From positions 122,698,001-122,762,000 of the forward strand of contig NC_091477.1 in assembly GCF_036971445.1 (NCBI RefSeq): a stretch of DNA of 64,000 nt. Direction: 5' to 3'. The DNA is from Narcine bancroftii. Its lineage: Eukaryota. This document shows, piece by piece, positions 35,892 through 50,224 of this stretch. A program made the position numbers and the translations under genes. The notes under the pieces are model-generated. The model was given only the letters and a program-made list of their open reading frames with translations, was not told where the DNA came from and made no database searches. Position 1 is the first letter of the stretch; each line of letters opens with the position of its first letter.

Positions 35892-37969
35892 GGGTAGGCC
35901 AACATTGGCTTCTCAAGAGGCACCAGTCATACCTACCAGTGCTGACCCCATCTTTCCTCAATTCCACTCCCCTGAGATTGTGATTGGCAGTCAGTAGCTA
36001 AACAAATTTTTTAAAAATTCTTGCAGCTACTTTGAATCAGTTTTCCAGTACAGAGGCAAACCCGACGGCCCAACCTGTCCATTCCAGACGAATTGTTCAC
36101 TCATCCTCGTCCCATTGTCTTGCGCTTGGCCCATGACCCCCCCCCCCAAAGTTTTCCATGTACCTGTTTAAAAATGGTGTTTTTAAACTAAAATCCTGCA
36201 ACATGAGGTCTCTGCCCAAAATGGTGGCACCCACGCTCGGCAATGGTCACGTGACTCCAGGGGTCATGGACCTGTGTGAGGCACCAGAAATGGGGAGAAC
36301 AGCCCCGTTAATAAGGAGAAGCAGAGGACATGACCCGACAGCATGGTGGTGGACAAGCGAGGGGCTCAACAGCTGAGGGACCCACGTAGTGCGGGCTGCT
36401 GGAGACTGGCTCATGGCCACCAGGTAATGTAGCTGGCGTTCGAGAGGTGTTGAGGGAAAGAGGGGCTCCTGATGGGCCTCAGACGACTTTCTGATCGCGT
36501 TGGAGGTTTGGAGCATCTGGTGGCCGATGAATCGAACGACGTGCGGCTGCAGAGGCTGTGAGACCACTGGAGGTAAATCCACAGACACTCTGTGACTGAA
36601 CAGACTCTTTTGTTCTTTCTTCATCTGTAACGGTAGTGGGCAATGCTCATGGTGACTCTTTGCCTTGCAGCAGGCAAAAGGCAATTTCATGTAATATTAC
36701 ATGTTCTGTACTGTTACATGACAAAGAAATCGTGAAATCTCTGCACCCTCTCCATAGCTTCCACATCCTTCCTGTAATGAGGCAATCAGAACTGAACACG
36801 ATATTCTAAGTGTGGTCTCACCAGAGATTTAACGAGCTGCAACATTACCTCACGACTCCAAGTCAATCCCCTGAAACCTGTGCAGCTCCCTTGAGAATCT
36901 ATGGATTTTATTCTATCTATCCCCTCAACCTCTCTGAGGTCACCCCTTAATCTCCTATGTGCCAGGGAAATAAATCCCAACCTTCTCCTGATAACTTAAG
37001 CCATTCAGTCCCAAGAACATCCCTTGTGACTTTTTTCCGCAAAGGCAGAGGTTAGTACTTACAGAAATTAAGTAATTCCAGGAATTGGGAGAAGTCCAAT
37101 TGCACTTTGGTAAGACAGGAGCTGGTAAAATTGATTGGGTGGCGGGTTCTGTGGATTGGTTGACATCATACACAGGAGTCATTTAAAAATGTTCGCTGCT
37201 AAAAAAGAGGATAGAAAATCATAAATAATTTTTAGAAGCTGATAAACAATACTACTGGTTGTCGATCAGGTGGAATATGGGGAGGGAAATGACAGATGGA
37301 GTTTCATCCAGACAAGAGTGAGGTGCTACACTTTGAGAGGTTAAATGAAATTGGAAAGTAGACAGTAAATCACAGGACTTTTGATGTAGCCAGGGAAAGT
37401 GATAACAAATAGTCTGGGTGGTGAAGGAGGTGCACGTGTTTAAGTCGGGCGTCTGTCAGGGTACAAGAAGTTACAGTAACAAATCACAAAGTCCAAAACA
37501 CAGTCTTTATTGAGTCACACCAACTGGAATGAAGGGTACCAGAGGTGGGGAGACAGTCACCTCACTAGTACTGATTGAACCTTGTTCAAAGAACACAGTC
37601 ACAGGGTACAATTTTTAAGGCATTTTCTGCATAACTAGATATTCTTTTGCTAATATTCCACAGGTTTCAACTTCCAGAGACTGCAGAGTTGTGACTCTCC
37701 AGGGAAGCTGTGGAGTCTATGGAGAGGGTACAGAAGAGGTTCACCAGGATGTTGCCTGAATTCGAGAGTTTTGGTGAAGTTGGATTGTTTTCTTTGATTG
37801 CAGCATCAAATCCCAGGGACATGTCTGTTTGGCAATTGCCAAGACTGAATATAGAATCAGAATTTATTGCCATGTATCACCAGATTGGTATCCATGAAGG
37901 TATTTCCCCATCAACCATTTTGATATTTTGTGGCAGCAAATTGCTATAGATTACATTTCCTACAATAGA

Positions 37970-38215
37970 TCAGTGTAGCGGTTAGTGAAACGCCTTTATA
38001 GGGACAGTGATCTGGACTGGGGTTCCAATCCGCCCAGTCTGCAAGAAGTTTGTTCGTTCTCATGATGTCTGTGTGGGTTTCCTTGGGGAAATCCAGTTTC
38101 CTCCCACCCTTCAAAACATACCGGGGGTTGTAGGTTAATGGGGTGTAAATTGGGCGGCACGGACTCGTTGGGCTGAAGTGGCCTGTTACCGTGCTGTATG
38201 TGTACATTTAAGACT
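37970..38215 (+). mobile_element. HE1-like V-SINE
   Basis: GTGTAGCGGTTAG head, TTTCCTCCCACCCTTCAAAA core and GGCCTGTTACCGTGCTGTATG tail. Confidence 0.8.
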
Positions 38216-38269
38216 ATTTAAAAAATAATTAGTGCAGAAATAGAGCAAAACAAAAGTGAGGCTGCGTCT

Positions 38270-38700
38270 GTGGTTCATTGTTCATTCGGGAATCTGATGG
38301 GGGAAGGGAAGAAGCCATCCTTGCGCCGCTGAGTGTTCATTTTCAGGCTCTTCCTCTCCTTCCCGCTGCTAGCAGTGAGAAGAGGGCACGGCCTGGGTGG
38401 TGGGGGGCCTTGATGATAGAGGCTGCTTCTTTGAGACACCTCCTCTTGTAGTAGGAGTGAAGACAGATGCCCGTGATGGCGCTGGCTGAGTTCACAACCC
38501 TCTGTGGCCTTTTCCCGTCCCGTGAATTGGCACCTCCACGCCAGGCAGTGATGCGAGCAGTCACAATGCTCCACACAGTTTGCAAGTCTAGCTGCTGGTG
38601 AGCCTTCTTCATGATTGCATGGACACGAAGGCCCAGGATAGATCTTCAGAGGTGTTGACATCCAGGAATTTGAATGCAAGGTGTTTTTCCTCCAATTTAT
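38270..38700 (-). mobile_element. Rex1/Babar-clade LINE 3' fragment
   Basis: ITAWRGG...QRVVNSASAITG...RCLKEAASIIKAPHHPGRALFSLL..GRR and FFPSPIR. Confidence 0.75.
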
Positions 38701-40614
38701 GCGTGGCCTCAACCTGGCAATGCAAGGCCATGGACAGACATGTTAGTGGCGCAGTGAGGTTTAGAATTAAAGCAGCTGATAGAAGCTGATAAAATTATCA
38801 GGGGATAGACAAAGTCCTGTCATCCAAGATAGGAAGCAATTACTGCTTTTACGTTTAGGAGTTTAAACCTTCTGTCCGTTAACCCCTCTCCTGCCATATG
38901 GAGAAGAGCTTGAAGGTTAGCGGGGTAAGTTTAAAGGAGATTTGAAAGGCAGGGGTGATAGGTGCCTGGAACCAGGCTCCCGGTGATAGTGTAGAAGCAG
39001 AAATGCCAGCAACATTGAAGAGGCACCTGATCAGGCAGGGAATGGAGGGAGAGCCACCACAGAGGACAAGTTTAATTTGGCATAGTGGTTAGCAGAGACC
39101 TGATGGGAAGAAGAGCCTTCTACTGTGCTGTCTTTTATCAGGGGTTGCCAAAGGGGAGACCAAAGGGGGATCCTGTGCATGGAGCCAGAATTTCCTTTCA
39201 TATTCAGAGAGTATTATAGCTGGAGAACTCAAGGTGATCATAACATTCTAGGTTATTTTTCCCCACACCCTCCAGCAGCACATTCCAAAAACCAGCCACA
39301 CTAAAAACAACTTACCGGTCAGATCCCCTTTAACTTCTGCCACAAACCAGTACCCCCTTGTTTCAACACCCTACAATAGGAAAACATCCTGGGGAATCTC
39401 TCCAGCACAATTATATTCCCATTGCAGAGTGGTGACCAGAACGACACACAATACTTCTCCAGGCTCAGTCTCACCTCCCATCTCTTACATCCTATGTAAC
39501 TCGGATGGAGTCCCCAAGCACGAGTTGTTCCAGAGATGTGCAGAGACATTATCTAACCACCAATCTCACCCTTGAAGAATCTCCATTAGGGCCTCACCAA
39601 CCTTGTTCCTTGCTGCCTAATCCCAGAGGAGGATTTGCTCAAGCCCTTCAGGTAGATCCACCTGATTGTGTAGCACCCACCCTAGCACTGGTCCTGACCT
39701 TACACACATGTTCCAGACACATCAGCAAACCGCTCACCAACTCTCTCTCCATCCTTCGCCCTAAAAACCCATCCCTCCAGGACACCACATAACCCGGAGA
39801 CCAAAAAAAATCTTCCCTTGTGGTCCCTGAGGGACCACAGTCTCCCTCGATTCCCTCTTCTTCTAATATATTTACAAAAGGTTTTGTAATTCCCCTTATT
39901 CTGTTAACAAGGACCACTTTTTTTGCCCTTTTAACTCCTTTCAGATCCCTCCTGTATCAACCTTAAGGCCTCACTTCCACAGTTCTTATACATGACGTAC
40001 ATTTCCTTAGTTTTCTCTGATCAGATCTGCTCTAAATTCCTCATTAACCAGTGTTCCCTAAACATGCAACATTACAGTACAAGCCCTTTGGCCCACGATA
40101 ATGTGCTGACTTGTATCTCCCCAACCTCACCTACCTCATAACCCTCTATTTTTCTTCCATCCATGTGTCAGTCTCAGAGTCTCTTAAATCCCCCTAATGT
40201 TCCAACCTTCCACCACCACCCCGTCAATGCATCCACCCACAGTTCTGTGTAAAAAAAATGTGCTCCTGATGTCTCCCCTAAACTTTCCTCCCTTCACTTT
40301 CACGTGTCTTCTTGTGTTTGCTACTCCTGCCCCGGGAAAAGGTGTTGATTATCTACACCTCTCACCCAACCACCTTTGCTTCTTCCCGTGACAGAACCCT
40401 ACTGATTCTGAACGCCCACATCTCCTGTTGAAACCTCTTCCTTATATCAGATGTTCTCTTCAGCTCCTAATCCACTGCACCAGTTTCTTTCTTCATGCTC
40501 TTGATGTCAGCTGCCCAACATCTAAAGAATACCTCAACTCTGTAACCACCCTATCCTCTTTCATGAGGACCTTAAAGCTTACTAAATTGTTGTCATTGAG
40601 CACAAAGGATTCCT

Positions 40615-40985
40615 CCAGAGGATGTTGCCAGGACTTGGCGGCCTGAGCTGCAGGGAAAGGTTGAGCAGGCTCGAGTTTTATTCCTTGGAGCACAGGAGGA
40701 TGAGGGGTGACCTCACAGAGGTGGACAACATCAGGAGAGGATTAGATCAGGTGAATGCAGAGTCTTTTACCCAGAGTAGGGGAATTGGTAACCAGAGGTT
40801 TAAGGTGCGGCGGGAGATTTAACAGGAACCTGAGGAGTAAATTTTCTTTTACAGAGGGTGGTGAGTGTGTGGAACAGGCTGCTGCAGGAGATGTTGAGTC
40901 AGGGACTACTGCAATGTTTCAGAAACAATTGGACAGATATATGGCTAGGATGGGTTAGAGGGATATGGGCCAAACACAGGCAGGA
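40615..40985 (+). mobile_element. CR1 LINE 3' fragment
   Basis: RMLPGLGGLSCRERLSRLEFYSLEHRRMRGDLTEV and VSVWNRL. Confidence 0.85.
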
Positions 40986-43409
40986 GGGATATTCTGGACT
41001 GCATACACAAGTTGGGCCGATTTATATGTGGCTTCATCCTGGCGGTGTGAGGACATATTAGTGGGGCGATAGGGTGTGGAATTAAAGCAGCTGTTCCTTC
41101 CAGCCCATGAGCCCAGTTAACCTACAAGCCCTTTACGTCTCCACACTGTATGGCTCAATATACTCCTCCAATAGGAGTAGTTTTCAACTGCTTTCAAACC
41201 CCTCACTGGATGTGTGAACATCAACTTCATCTTAGCCCTTTACTCTCAGTCAATTTTAATTGTCAACATTTGTTCTTTCAAATGACCCCAACTGTTGGAG
41301 GCTTATATAATATCAAAGTACCAGCTTATTTCAAAGTTCTATCTCTAAGCCAGTAGTATATTTATACTATTTTTAATTTTTTTTAAAATTTAGACATACA
41401 GCACGGTAACAGGCCCACAAGCATGTGTCGCCCAATTCACCTTCAACCCCTGTGCGTTCTGAAGGGTGGGAGGAAACCCATGCAGACGTGGGGAGAACAG
41501 ACAAACTTCTTACAGCTGGTGCTGTAACAGCCTTGTGCCAACCGCTAGGTTAACTGTGCCATCCAGTATTGCAGGGATCTATCTCATGTACCTGTGTGGC
41601 TGCAGCAGTTAAGAATCTCCATGCATGTGTACAATGTACTTGTGTATGTGATGTGCTCTTGTACTCTTTTCTCAGGCTGTGGTGGACATATCCTTTCTCT
41701 TCATGGCCTTGAAAGATCAAACTGACAGTGGGGAGTTGGAGGAGTGTCCCCTTCTGATTCCAGGCCTGCACAGCAGGCTTCCAAACTTCCCTTCCCAGCA
41801 GTGAACGGCAGTCAGAAGCTTCTCTCTTCTGAGCTTCAACGTGGAGCACCAGGGTTCCAGCGTTCACAGTCCCTCTGTCTCCATCTCAGTTTCCGAACTT
41901 TACTGTGGACTTTGGAGAGGTTGAGGACCACATTCCTGTCTTCATTGACACCACAGTGACAGAGAGGGTTTGTACCTTCAAGTTCCTATGTGTCCACGTA
42001 CTGGAGTCAGCATAGACAACAATGAAGAACCAACACCTCTACTCTCCAAGACAAAAGATTCTGCATTTCATCACATACTCTCAATGGTGCACCGACCGAC
42101 CGGCTTGTCACAGTATTGTATGCAAACTCAAGTGGTCAGAAATGAAGGTGGCCAACTTGGCCAAGTGCATGACTTCCCTTCCACAGCAGACATCTGGGTG
42201 ACACTCTGCCAACCTCCTCTCACTTCAGCCTTTAGGCCGCAAGACCAGCAAACTCTAGGATTGAGAACAGTTTCTTACCAACAGCTGTCAGGGTCTTCAA
42301 CTTCCCCATTCCTACCCCGAACTACTCTGGAACCACAGGGCCTCCTGCACCTACTAAAACATCACCGTTTTCTGCACTAACCGCTATTGTGAATATTTAT
42401 ACATCTTTTATTTGGATCTATTTTACAATATGACATGCTGTGGTAATTTAGAACAGCACAGTACAGGCCCTTTAGCCCATGATGTGCCAACCTATTTAAT
42501 CCTATCCCCTATCATTCAAACCCTTAATTCTTTAGTATTTTTACATCTGTGTGCCTGTCCAAGTCTCTGTACCAGCCTCCATCACTGCCCCCAGCAGTGC
42601 ATTCCTGGCACCTACCACTCGGTTTAAAAAAAACAGCCCTGACATTACCCCTACACTTTACTCCCCTTACCTTAAACAGCTGTGCCGGATGTTGGCTAAT
42701 GTCTCCCTGGGAAAAAGGTACTGGCTGTCCACCCTATCAATGCCCCTCAAGCTTATATACCTCTATTAAGTTGCCTCTCATCCTCCATTGCTCCAAAGAG
42801 AAAACCCCTAGTTTAATTGATACTTTTGAAGCTGGTGCATCTTACATACTTGTGTGGCTGCAGCAGGTACGAATTTCAGTCCATCTTCTGGAATGACAAT
42901 GGACTTGTCTTTTCGCTGAGCAGAAAGATAGCAGACCTTGGCTCAGAGCTGCCTTCATGTGGTGGAATGGGGTCATTACATGCAAGGTGGCTGGAGCAAA
43001 ATGAAACAGCTCTCCCTCCTCCCATAACCTTCCCTCTCCAAGGTAGGGAGGGTCAGACTGGAGACAGTGAGGCAGGAAATTTAAGACTGGCAAATCCAGA
43101 GGGCTAGACATCTATTGTTGATGCATCTTAAGTGTGATTGCAGCAACCATTTTGGTGCATCTTTACATTACTCTTCTGTATCCTCCCTGCCCAACGAGAT
43201 GTGTGTCAGGCTGAGGCGGGGAGATCCAAAGCCTGCCCCACCAGTGAGTTGACCTTGTCAAGTGGGTGCTGAAAATGACAGAGAATGCCCCTGAATTCCA
43301 CATCCCCACAACACACTGCACTTACATTCAATGACACCCAGTACCACCACAAGGGAATGCCCTGACTCCAACCTGTAAACACATCCTGTACACTGACAAA
43401 CACCAGCAG

Positions 43410-45577
43410 TTAGATTCCATGTAGATTTATTTTGCCTCCCAAGAGTAGAAAAAAAAACAGTAACCAATGTGATCAAGGGAAGCGGGTAAGAGAATGGAGG
43501 ATAGGGAGCAAGTCAGAGACCTTTGAATTTTTTTTTCTTCTTTTCATCTCCTTCATCCAAACCTTACAACAATACAAATCATTTCCACAGAAACAGGCCT
43601 TGCAGAATGAAACAGGAACATCTGAAGCAGCCTACACTTTACACCTGGAGGCTTCACCGATGTTACATCTGTACAACATAACCCAGTCTGAACAAAGTCC
43701 CGTCCGCGGATATCATGGTTAAAGATTTAGTGCAATTTAAGCCATGATCCCAAAACTTCACTGTCCACCCCGTAACTGCTTCTGGTCCTTTTCAGAACAT
43801 TATTTACAAAAGAATTTCAAGGCTATTTACAAATGGACCGTAACACTGAACTAGACAAGACCCAGGTGCATCTTTATTGAGCAGGTACCTGAGGGAGAAT
43901 TCCATCCCACTCCACTCTCTAGATTCATCATCACATCTTCCATCCCCCCACCCCCGCCACCCCCAGTCTCCTCTTGGGTGATCCTGGTCCCCATCGAGCC
44001 ACTAGAGGAACCCTTGTACTCTTCTCCCAGGGATCATTGGTTGGCTGTTCATCCGCAGAGTGGAGGACTGATGTAGATTTATGGAGTTACCGGGAGCGCT
44101 CGGTGACGAGGAAACAGCCAATCTCAGAACAATTAACCCCCTGGAATGAATCACAACCTCTACACAATACCAATTTGCTCTGTGTTCGGGGTCAGTTCTT
44201 CAAACAACAGCTCTGCTCCAAACACAAGCTCCTCAAAACAGGAACTTTAAATAACAAAAATATCTACCCTCCTTTTTAAAAACCCTGTCAGTGCAGAATT
44301 CCTCATCTGATCTTCCCAAAAGTATCAGGAGTTCCCGTAACACTGCTGTGGAAAGTCCACGAGGATAAAGCTGGGTAGGTATAACCTTGATTGGGTGAAC
44401 TTCCAGTTGTGCACTTGTGCTATGGAACTCACTACGAATTAAGCTGATACTCCAGAACAAAGCTTCAACTAAACAAAGTATCGCAAGTTAGAAGGCCCTG
44501 TGGAACAGTCCCAGTGGGTTAACATGCTTGAACTCACTGCTCAGTGACAGTTCAAACCCCTTGACAACTCTAGCAGGTGAAAGGGTGTGGCTGGAGCATT
44601 GGGTCAGACCTGCCCCCTCTGGGTTGCACTGGTTTCTCCCGGGCCAGTCCCCATTGTTAGCAACACCCCCAGAAAGGGCACAACTCACAAACAGGCAACA
44701 TTTCCCCCCACCCTCCTCCCGTTACCCAGGAACAGAGCGAGTCAGTAGAGTGCCTTCAGCCAAGGGGCAGGGAGGAAGTCGTGGAGGGGTAGAGGAGCAA
44801 CTTGGTGCGCAGGTTATTGACTGGTTGAAGGATTGATTAAGCACGCACCTGAAGGCCCCGACCACATGGTCACCATTTAACAATGGGCAACAGATCTCAA
44901 GCTTTAATTGCACTTTTCTTGCCAATATATTGACAGGCTAAGAACCAAAGTTTGGCTTGTGGACCAGTTTAGCTAAGCTCCAGTGTTGAATGTGGTGTAG
45001 GAAACCATGGCCTTGCTAAACTCAGGGTCTAGGGTGGGTCATATGACTGTGTGTGTTGGGTGGGCAGTGGGCCGTTACCGTGGCCCAGGAGAGGTTTCAC
45101 GTTAGGCTCTGAACGAAATGTTCCAATGTCTCCCTCTCTCCCCCAACCCCACCAGTACAAAGCTCCCAAGCCCCTCCTCCTCAACCCCTCCCCAACACCC
45201 TATCATTTCGAAAATGTTCCACTGACAGAAGGCAGGGTCCACACATACAGTAACAAACAATCCATGGCATCGCTTAACACAGAAGTCCTGCTTCGTCAGT
45301 GAAACCACAGAACTGAGTTAAATAGGGCAGAGCGGAAGAGATCGCCAGCATGGACCAGTCTTCACGTCCTTGATTTAATGGGAACTCCATTACTGAGACA
45401 AGGTGTTATGGAACAGTGGATCTGACTGCAGCACCGAGTCCCTGGCCTGTGATTATATACACATTCAACTCATGGTGAATCCTGCACCATTGTGTCCTGT
45501 CAGAAAGGCATGTCTTCTGGGAGTGTTCTTCTGCTTCCAGAGTTGCTGATTGTCTGTACCACCAGGCCTGTGCCTGC
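43410..45577 (-). other. Probable PHF23 3' UTR
   Basis: About 2.2 kb with no recognisable repeats downstream of the stop. Minus-strand AATAAA at 43873-43878 and 43426-43431. Two TGTAAATA motifs. Confidence 0.55.
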
Positions 45578-45804
45578 CTACTCGCTGAATCGTTTCTTGG
45601 GTCCAGTCCGGGCCCGGTTTGACCTCCTGATGTCATGCTTGGAGTCTTTACACTTCTGGCAGATGAAGACCTCGGGAACGTTCGACTTCCTGATTTTGGC
45701 ACAGGAGAGGTGGATCCACGTCCCACACTCATTGCACTCGATCATCGGTCTCCCTGCAAATGGCTTCATGCAGAAACACGTGATCAGATCCCAGGAATCA
45801 TCTT
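45578..45804 (-). CDS. PHF23: PHD finger protein 23, exon 5 (PHD finger and stop)
   Basis: (E)[51 protein letters not shown]...*, a C4HC3 PHD finger. Acceptor TCTTTCCTTTCAG|. Length 227 nt. Confidence 0.9.
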
Positions 45805-48029
45805 CTGAAAGGAAAGAGACAGTGAATACCCTCGTGTCCAAGTTCAACCTCTCTCCCCCCCTCCCACTAACCCAGAACATCGCCAAGGACAAGAAGAGGT
45901 GAACTCCACTGATTGAACCACCCATGCCTCACAGATGGGACTGATGAAGGGCTCATGCCCTAGACATTAGTTCTGTATCTTTATCTTTGCTAATATATAG
46001 GACATTGTTTGACCTGCTTTGCTTCTTCAGCATTTTGTGTTTTTACTTCAACCACGGAGTCTGCAAACTTTCGTGTTTTACTTTTGGCCTTGAGGGAAGG
46101 TCATTTGTGATCCTTTCCCAGTCTGCCACCCCAATCCCACACCAACTCACTAACTACTCCCTGGTGGTTCACAGGTGGTTCAAAAGGAAGGTCAACAACA
46201 AGTTCTCAGGGAAACAAGTGCCAACAAAAGTGAAGATTACAGCAGGAACAGGCGGGACAGAAAAAAGCCTTTGGCTCACAGGCCAATCACTGGCCCAATA
46301 TCCCACAGCATCTGATGCCAGCAGAGCAGTAAAGCTCACGTTCAAGGCCGCTGGACAACACGGAGGAAATGGGCAGAAAGAGAACAGGTGCTATCTTACA
46401 ACTGGGACGCTGAGTGCAAGGGCCTGGGGATAACCCAGGACAGAGTGTTGACCACCGGCCTCCAGATGAACAGTAGGATAGATCGGAGTTCCTTCAGGAG
46501 CTTGGCTGTTCCTCAATGGACTAGGGGCAAGACAGCACCCGTCCTGATGGTCACTACTTGTATCAATGATGAAAACTTCTGGTTTCCAGCAACTCCATGA
46601 AAACCAATCCCATTAGAGGATGTGCTTCCACCCAGAGGGAACAAGGGGGAGAGGAGTTCCCCTTTTGGGTAGGGGGGGGGGGGGAGAGAGAAGAATGGAG
46701 GAACATCCCACTGGGGGGGAATGGAGGGGGGAACAGAGGGGAGGAGCGCCCCACTTTGGTGGGCAGGGGAGTCCAGATGGAGAGTGATCATGAGCTGATT
46801 TGAACACAGGGACAAGCAGTTTTAAGTGGTAGCTTTGCTCCAAGGATCCGTGTAGTCAGTGAACACCAGGGAGAACAGTGGATGAGTCAAAGGTCAGATA
46901 TGGGGCAGGGGAATATCGAACAAGAATCTGTTAAAGGTGAAAGCTGCGACTCACCACTGGGATTATGTAGGGAACACAGAATGAGACAGATGTTGGACCA
47001 GTGACTTCCCCCAGGAAACACCAGCCACAATGAACTGGATGTGGAGGAGATGGCTATCAGTCTGACAAACAGGCTTCCCTGCACCTTAACCTGGCCTGGG
47101 GTGCAATCCTTACACTCTTGGCCATGCACACCCAGTTATCAATCACTGTGTCAGTGGGTTGCAGAATGCATGAGCTGTTCCCTCCTCCTTGTTGAATTAG
47201 CCAGGAGATCAAAGGAAACAAAGATGACAAACTGCAACCTTGAGGAAGGCCTCAGACTGGAAACATCAGTAATACATCTTTCCCTCCTATGGACGCTGCG
47301 AGACCGGCTGAGCTCCTCCAGCATTTCCATGTTTTTATTATGATGGACTGTCAAGCTCAGCTCCCAAAAGCAAAGGTCTGAGGGCAGTGTTGACCGGAGG
47401 CGGCAGGCAGGAACGTACTGACAGTGCTCTCACAGCTCAGACAGAATGGGAGGAATGGACAACAGGAACGAGGCAGTTCACCAGAAACTTGCCTTCAATC
47501 TTGAGGTTTTCTGTTGGAGCAGCATCAGGGGAGTCTGCAAGATAACGAGCACATGTTAGCCATCCCTCTCCCCTGAAAAGAGAATGGTGTTTAAAGGAGG
47601 CCATTCACCACCCCAAGCATTTTCATACAAATTGACCTCTCTTTAGAGAAAGGACCTTGTCTTCAAACTGCTTGAAATGAACCTGGTGTAACACCAGGCT
47701 CCGAATTTTTAGTTTGTTCTGTAGTCATTGCCCTGATTAACCTGAATAGCACAGACATTCGTCATTGCATCTGGAATCTTGCCCAATCTGGCCTTCAATC
47801 CTCAACACTTCTCTGTGTCACCTTCAGACTAGCATCAGGTCCACAATGTAAACAGGCAGAGTCTGGTCTGAAGATCGTGCTTTCCTGCTTCAGGCAGACA
47901 CCAAACTCAGTTATCCCTCTACTTCCTCTGTCAATTTACATCCAATACACAGCAGTTTTCCCCTTTACCCAATCCTATTCTGAAAACGACCATTGAAATT
48001 TCTTCACCTGCTTTTCAGCTACAGATCAC

Positions 48030-48600
48030 AGAACAATCCCATGAACAAATGCTCAACTTTCCACATCATTCCCCATTCTCCTGCCAGAATCCCTACTCCC
48101 TTGTCGACATGTCTGTCCATGGTCTCATGGACTGTCAGACTGAGACCACCCATATATTGGAGGAACAACAGCTCATCTTCCATCTGGGAACCCTCTGGCC
48201 AGATGGAGTTATCCACGACCTCCAATTCCCATTAACCCCTTCAATTAATCCCTATGTCTCCTTGTCTCAAGCTCTGTCCCTCCCTTTCCTTTTCTGTTTC
48301 CTTTCCCCCAGCTCTGCATTAACAGAGCCAAACCTCCTCTCCACCAATCAATTCTCTCTGTCCTCCCATCCTTATCCAATTAACACCTCTTGCCTGGTGG
48401 TCTGGGCTCCTCCCCCTGGCCTTTCTTTTCATCTCCCCAGCCTTTTAATTCAGACACCTGATTTTTAACTCATTACTTGAAGAAGGGGTCAGGCCCGAAA
48501 CGCAAGTAATATCTTTCCCTCCTACGATTGCTGCGAGACTGGCCGAGTTCCTCCAGCATCTCTGTTTTTACTACAATCACAGTGTCTGCAGACTTTGGTG
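48030..48600 (+). mobile_element. Penelope-like element 3' fragment
   Basis: LEEQQLIFHLGTLWPDG followed by the GAAGGG..CAGGCCCGAAACG / GAGTTCCTCCAGCAT terminal motif, which recurs in the window (about 10900-11060, 45940-46085, 47225-47345, 59990-60200). Confidence 0.7.
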
Positions 48601-48908
48601 TTTCACAGAATAAAAATTTCTAATCCAACATTACAATGTGTAATCTCATCCCTGAGTGACTCTTTTGCCCAGAAACCCAGTTTCAAGTTTACGAAGGGTA
48701 TTGAGATCCTTCCTCCCTGTTGCTCAGAATACCTCAAACACATCATCCTTGAAGTTGCATCAATAATTCACGGTACTACTTCAGATGTCTAAACTCAATA
48801 GACTAATGTGCCCTCGTATGACTGGTGATGCCAGGTCCCACTGTTGTACACCGCAGCCCATCAGTGCTCGGTATTCAGCAGATATTTTGGTTTGGACAAG
48901 GTCCTCAC

Positions 48909-49593
48909 CTGAATTGACTGTAGTCCCATCCACCACTCCAGCCTCCAGATCTCTGTATTTTTCCTTCTCCTCCATTTCCTTCTGATCCTCCACCTCCTTC
49001 TCGGCTTCCAGTTCGCTCGGTTTCTCCTCATCTCCATGGACCTCGTTCACTTGCACGCTCCCCGAGCTTCTCCCAGGGTCTGCCACCTCCTCCAGCATTG
49101 GGATAGGCTTGAAGATTTCCTCAGACTCCTGCGCGATCTTCAGCGTCTCCTCCTCAGACTCCGTTTCGCACTGGGCTGCCTTCTCGACAGCCTGGAGGAT
49201 CTCCGCTGGGCTGGGGAGATCAGCCGGAGGTTGGGACACTTCCATCACCTTCCTGACATTTTCCAGGGTGATCCTCTTCCCGCCTTCGGGAGCCTTCCTC
49301 CTCCTGGCTCCATCCAGGCTCACCTTCTTCAAGGAGACCTTCTTCTTCTTCACCTTCTCAGACTTCAGTTTCTCAGAGCCGTCGAAGAGAGAACTTGCAA
49401 AACTTGGCCGCTCCAGCAACAAGCCATCCGACCTGCCTCGCTTCACCCCCTCTTTAGCTCCAGCACTCTTTAACCTTTTGCCACAGTGCAGAATGTGGGA
49501 GTCAGAGGATCTTGAGGACTCCCAGCTATCACTGTCCAGCGTGCTGCCTGTGCTGTTTCGAGGACTCAGGCTGGCATGAGCCCAAGGGTCGTG
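48909..49593 (-). CDS. PHF23: PHD finger protein 23, exon 4
   Basis: HDPWAHASLSPRNSTGSTLDSDSWE...SSLFDG..KVKKKK...ETESEEE...VNS(G). Acceptor TTCTCCATTCCCAG| and donor |GTGAGG. Length 685 nt, phase 0-1. Confidence 0.88.
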
Positions 49594-50224
49594 CTGGGAA
49601 TGGAGAAAGAAAGGAAGTCAAGATTCAGAAGGGAAAGAAAGCTAAACAGAAAACTTTTCAATTCAATGCATTTCCAGCTCTCTACCAGTGTGATCAGAGC
49701 ACCTAATTACAGGAGGTCAAAAGACATTAATCAATCTTTGTATCGAGATACACCAGGATGTTGCCTGGACTGGGGCACTTCTCTAATGGGAGAGGTTGGA
49801 AAGGATGAACTTGTTTACCCTGGCCAAGGGGTGACTGGATATTGTCCAAGAGGCTACAGATATGGCAAATGTCCAGAATCTCTTTCCCCCATGTAAGAAG
49901 TCTCAAAAAGAAGAGTGCAGAGGGTTAAGGTAAGAGGAAGGAAGGAATTCGAACAAGGATCTGAGGGAAAGATTCTTTTAAAAAAGACACGGTTGGTATC
50001 TGGGACAGACTGTCAAGGAGATGGTGGAGCCAGATAAAAAGGTTTTTCTAAAGATATTTCCCGGGATCTTGTAACAGGAAGGATGTAGCTGCTTTAGAGA
50101 GGGTCTAAAGGAGATTTGCCAGGATGTTACCCAGATCGGGAAACATGTTTGATGAAGCAAGGTTGAGCAAACTAGTTAAACAGGAAGGGGTAAAACACAG
50201 GGTTCTATTGACACCAGTGGTTAA

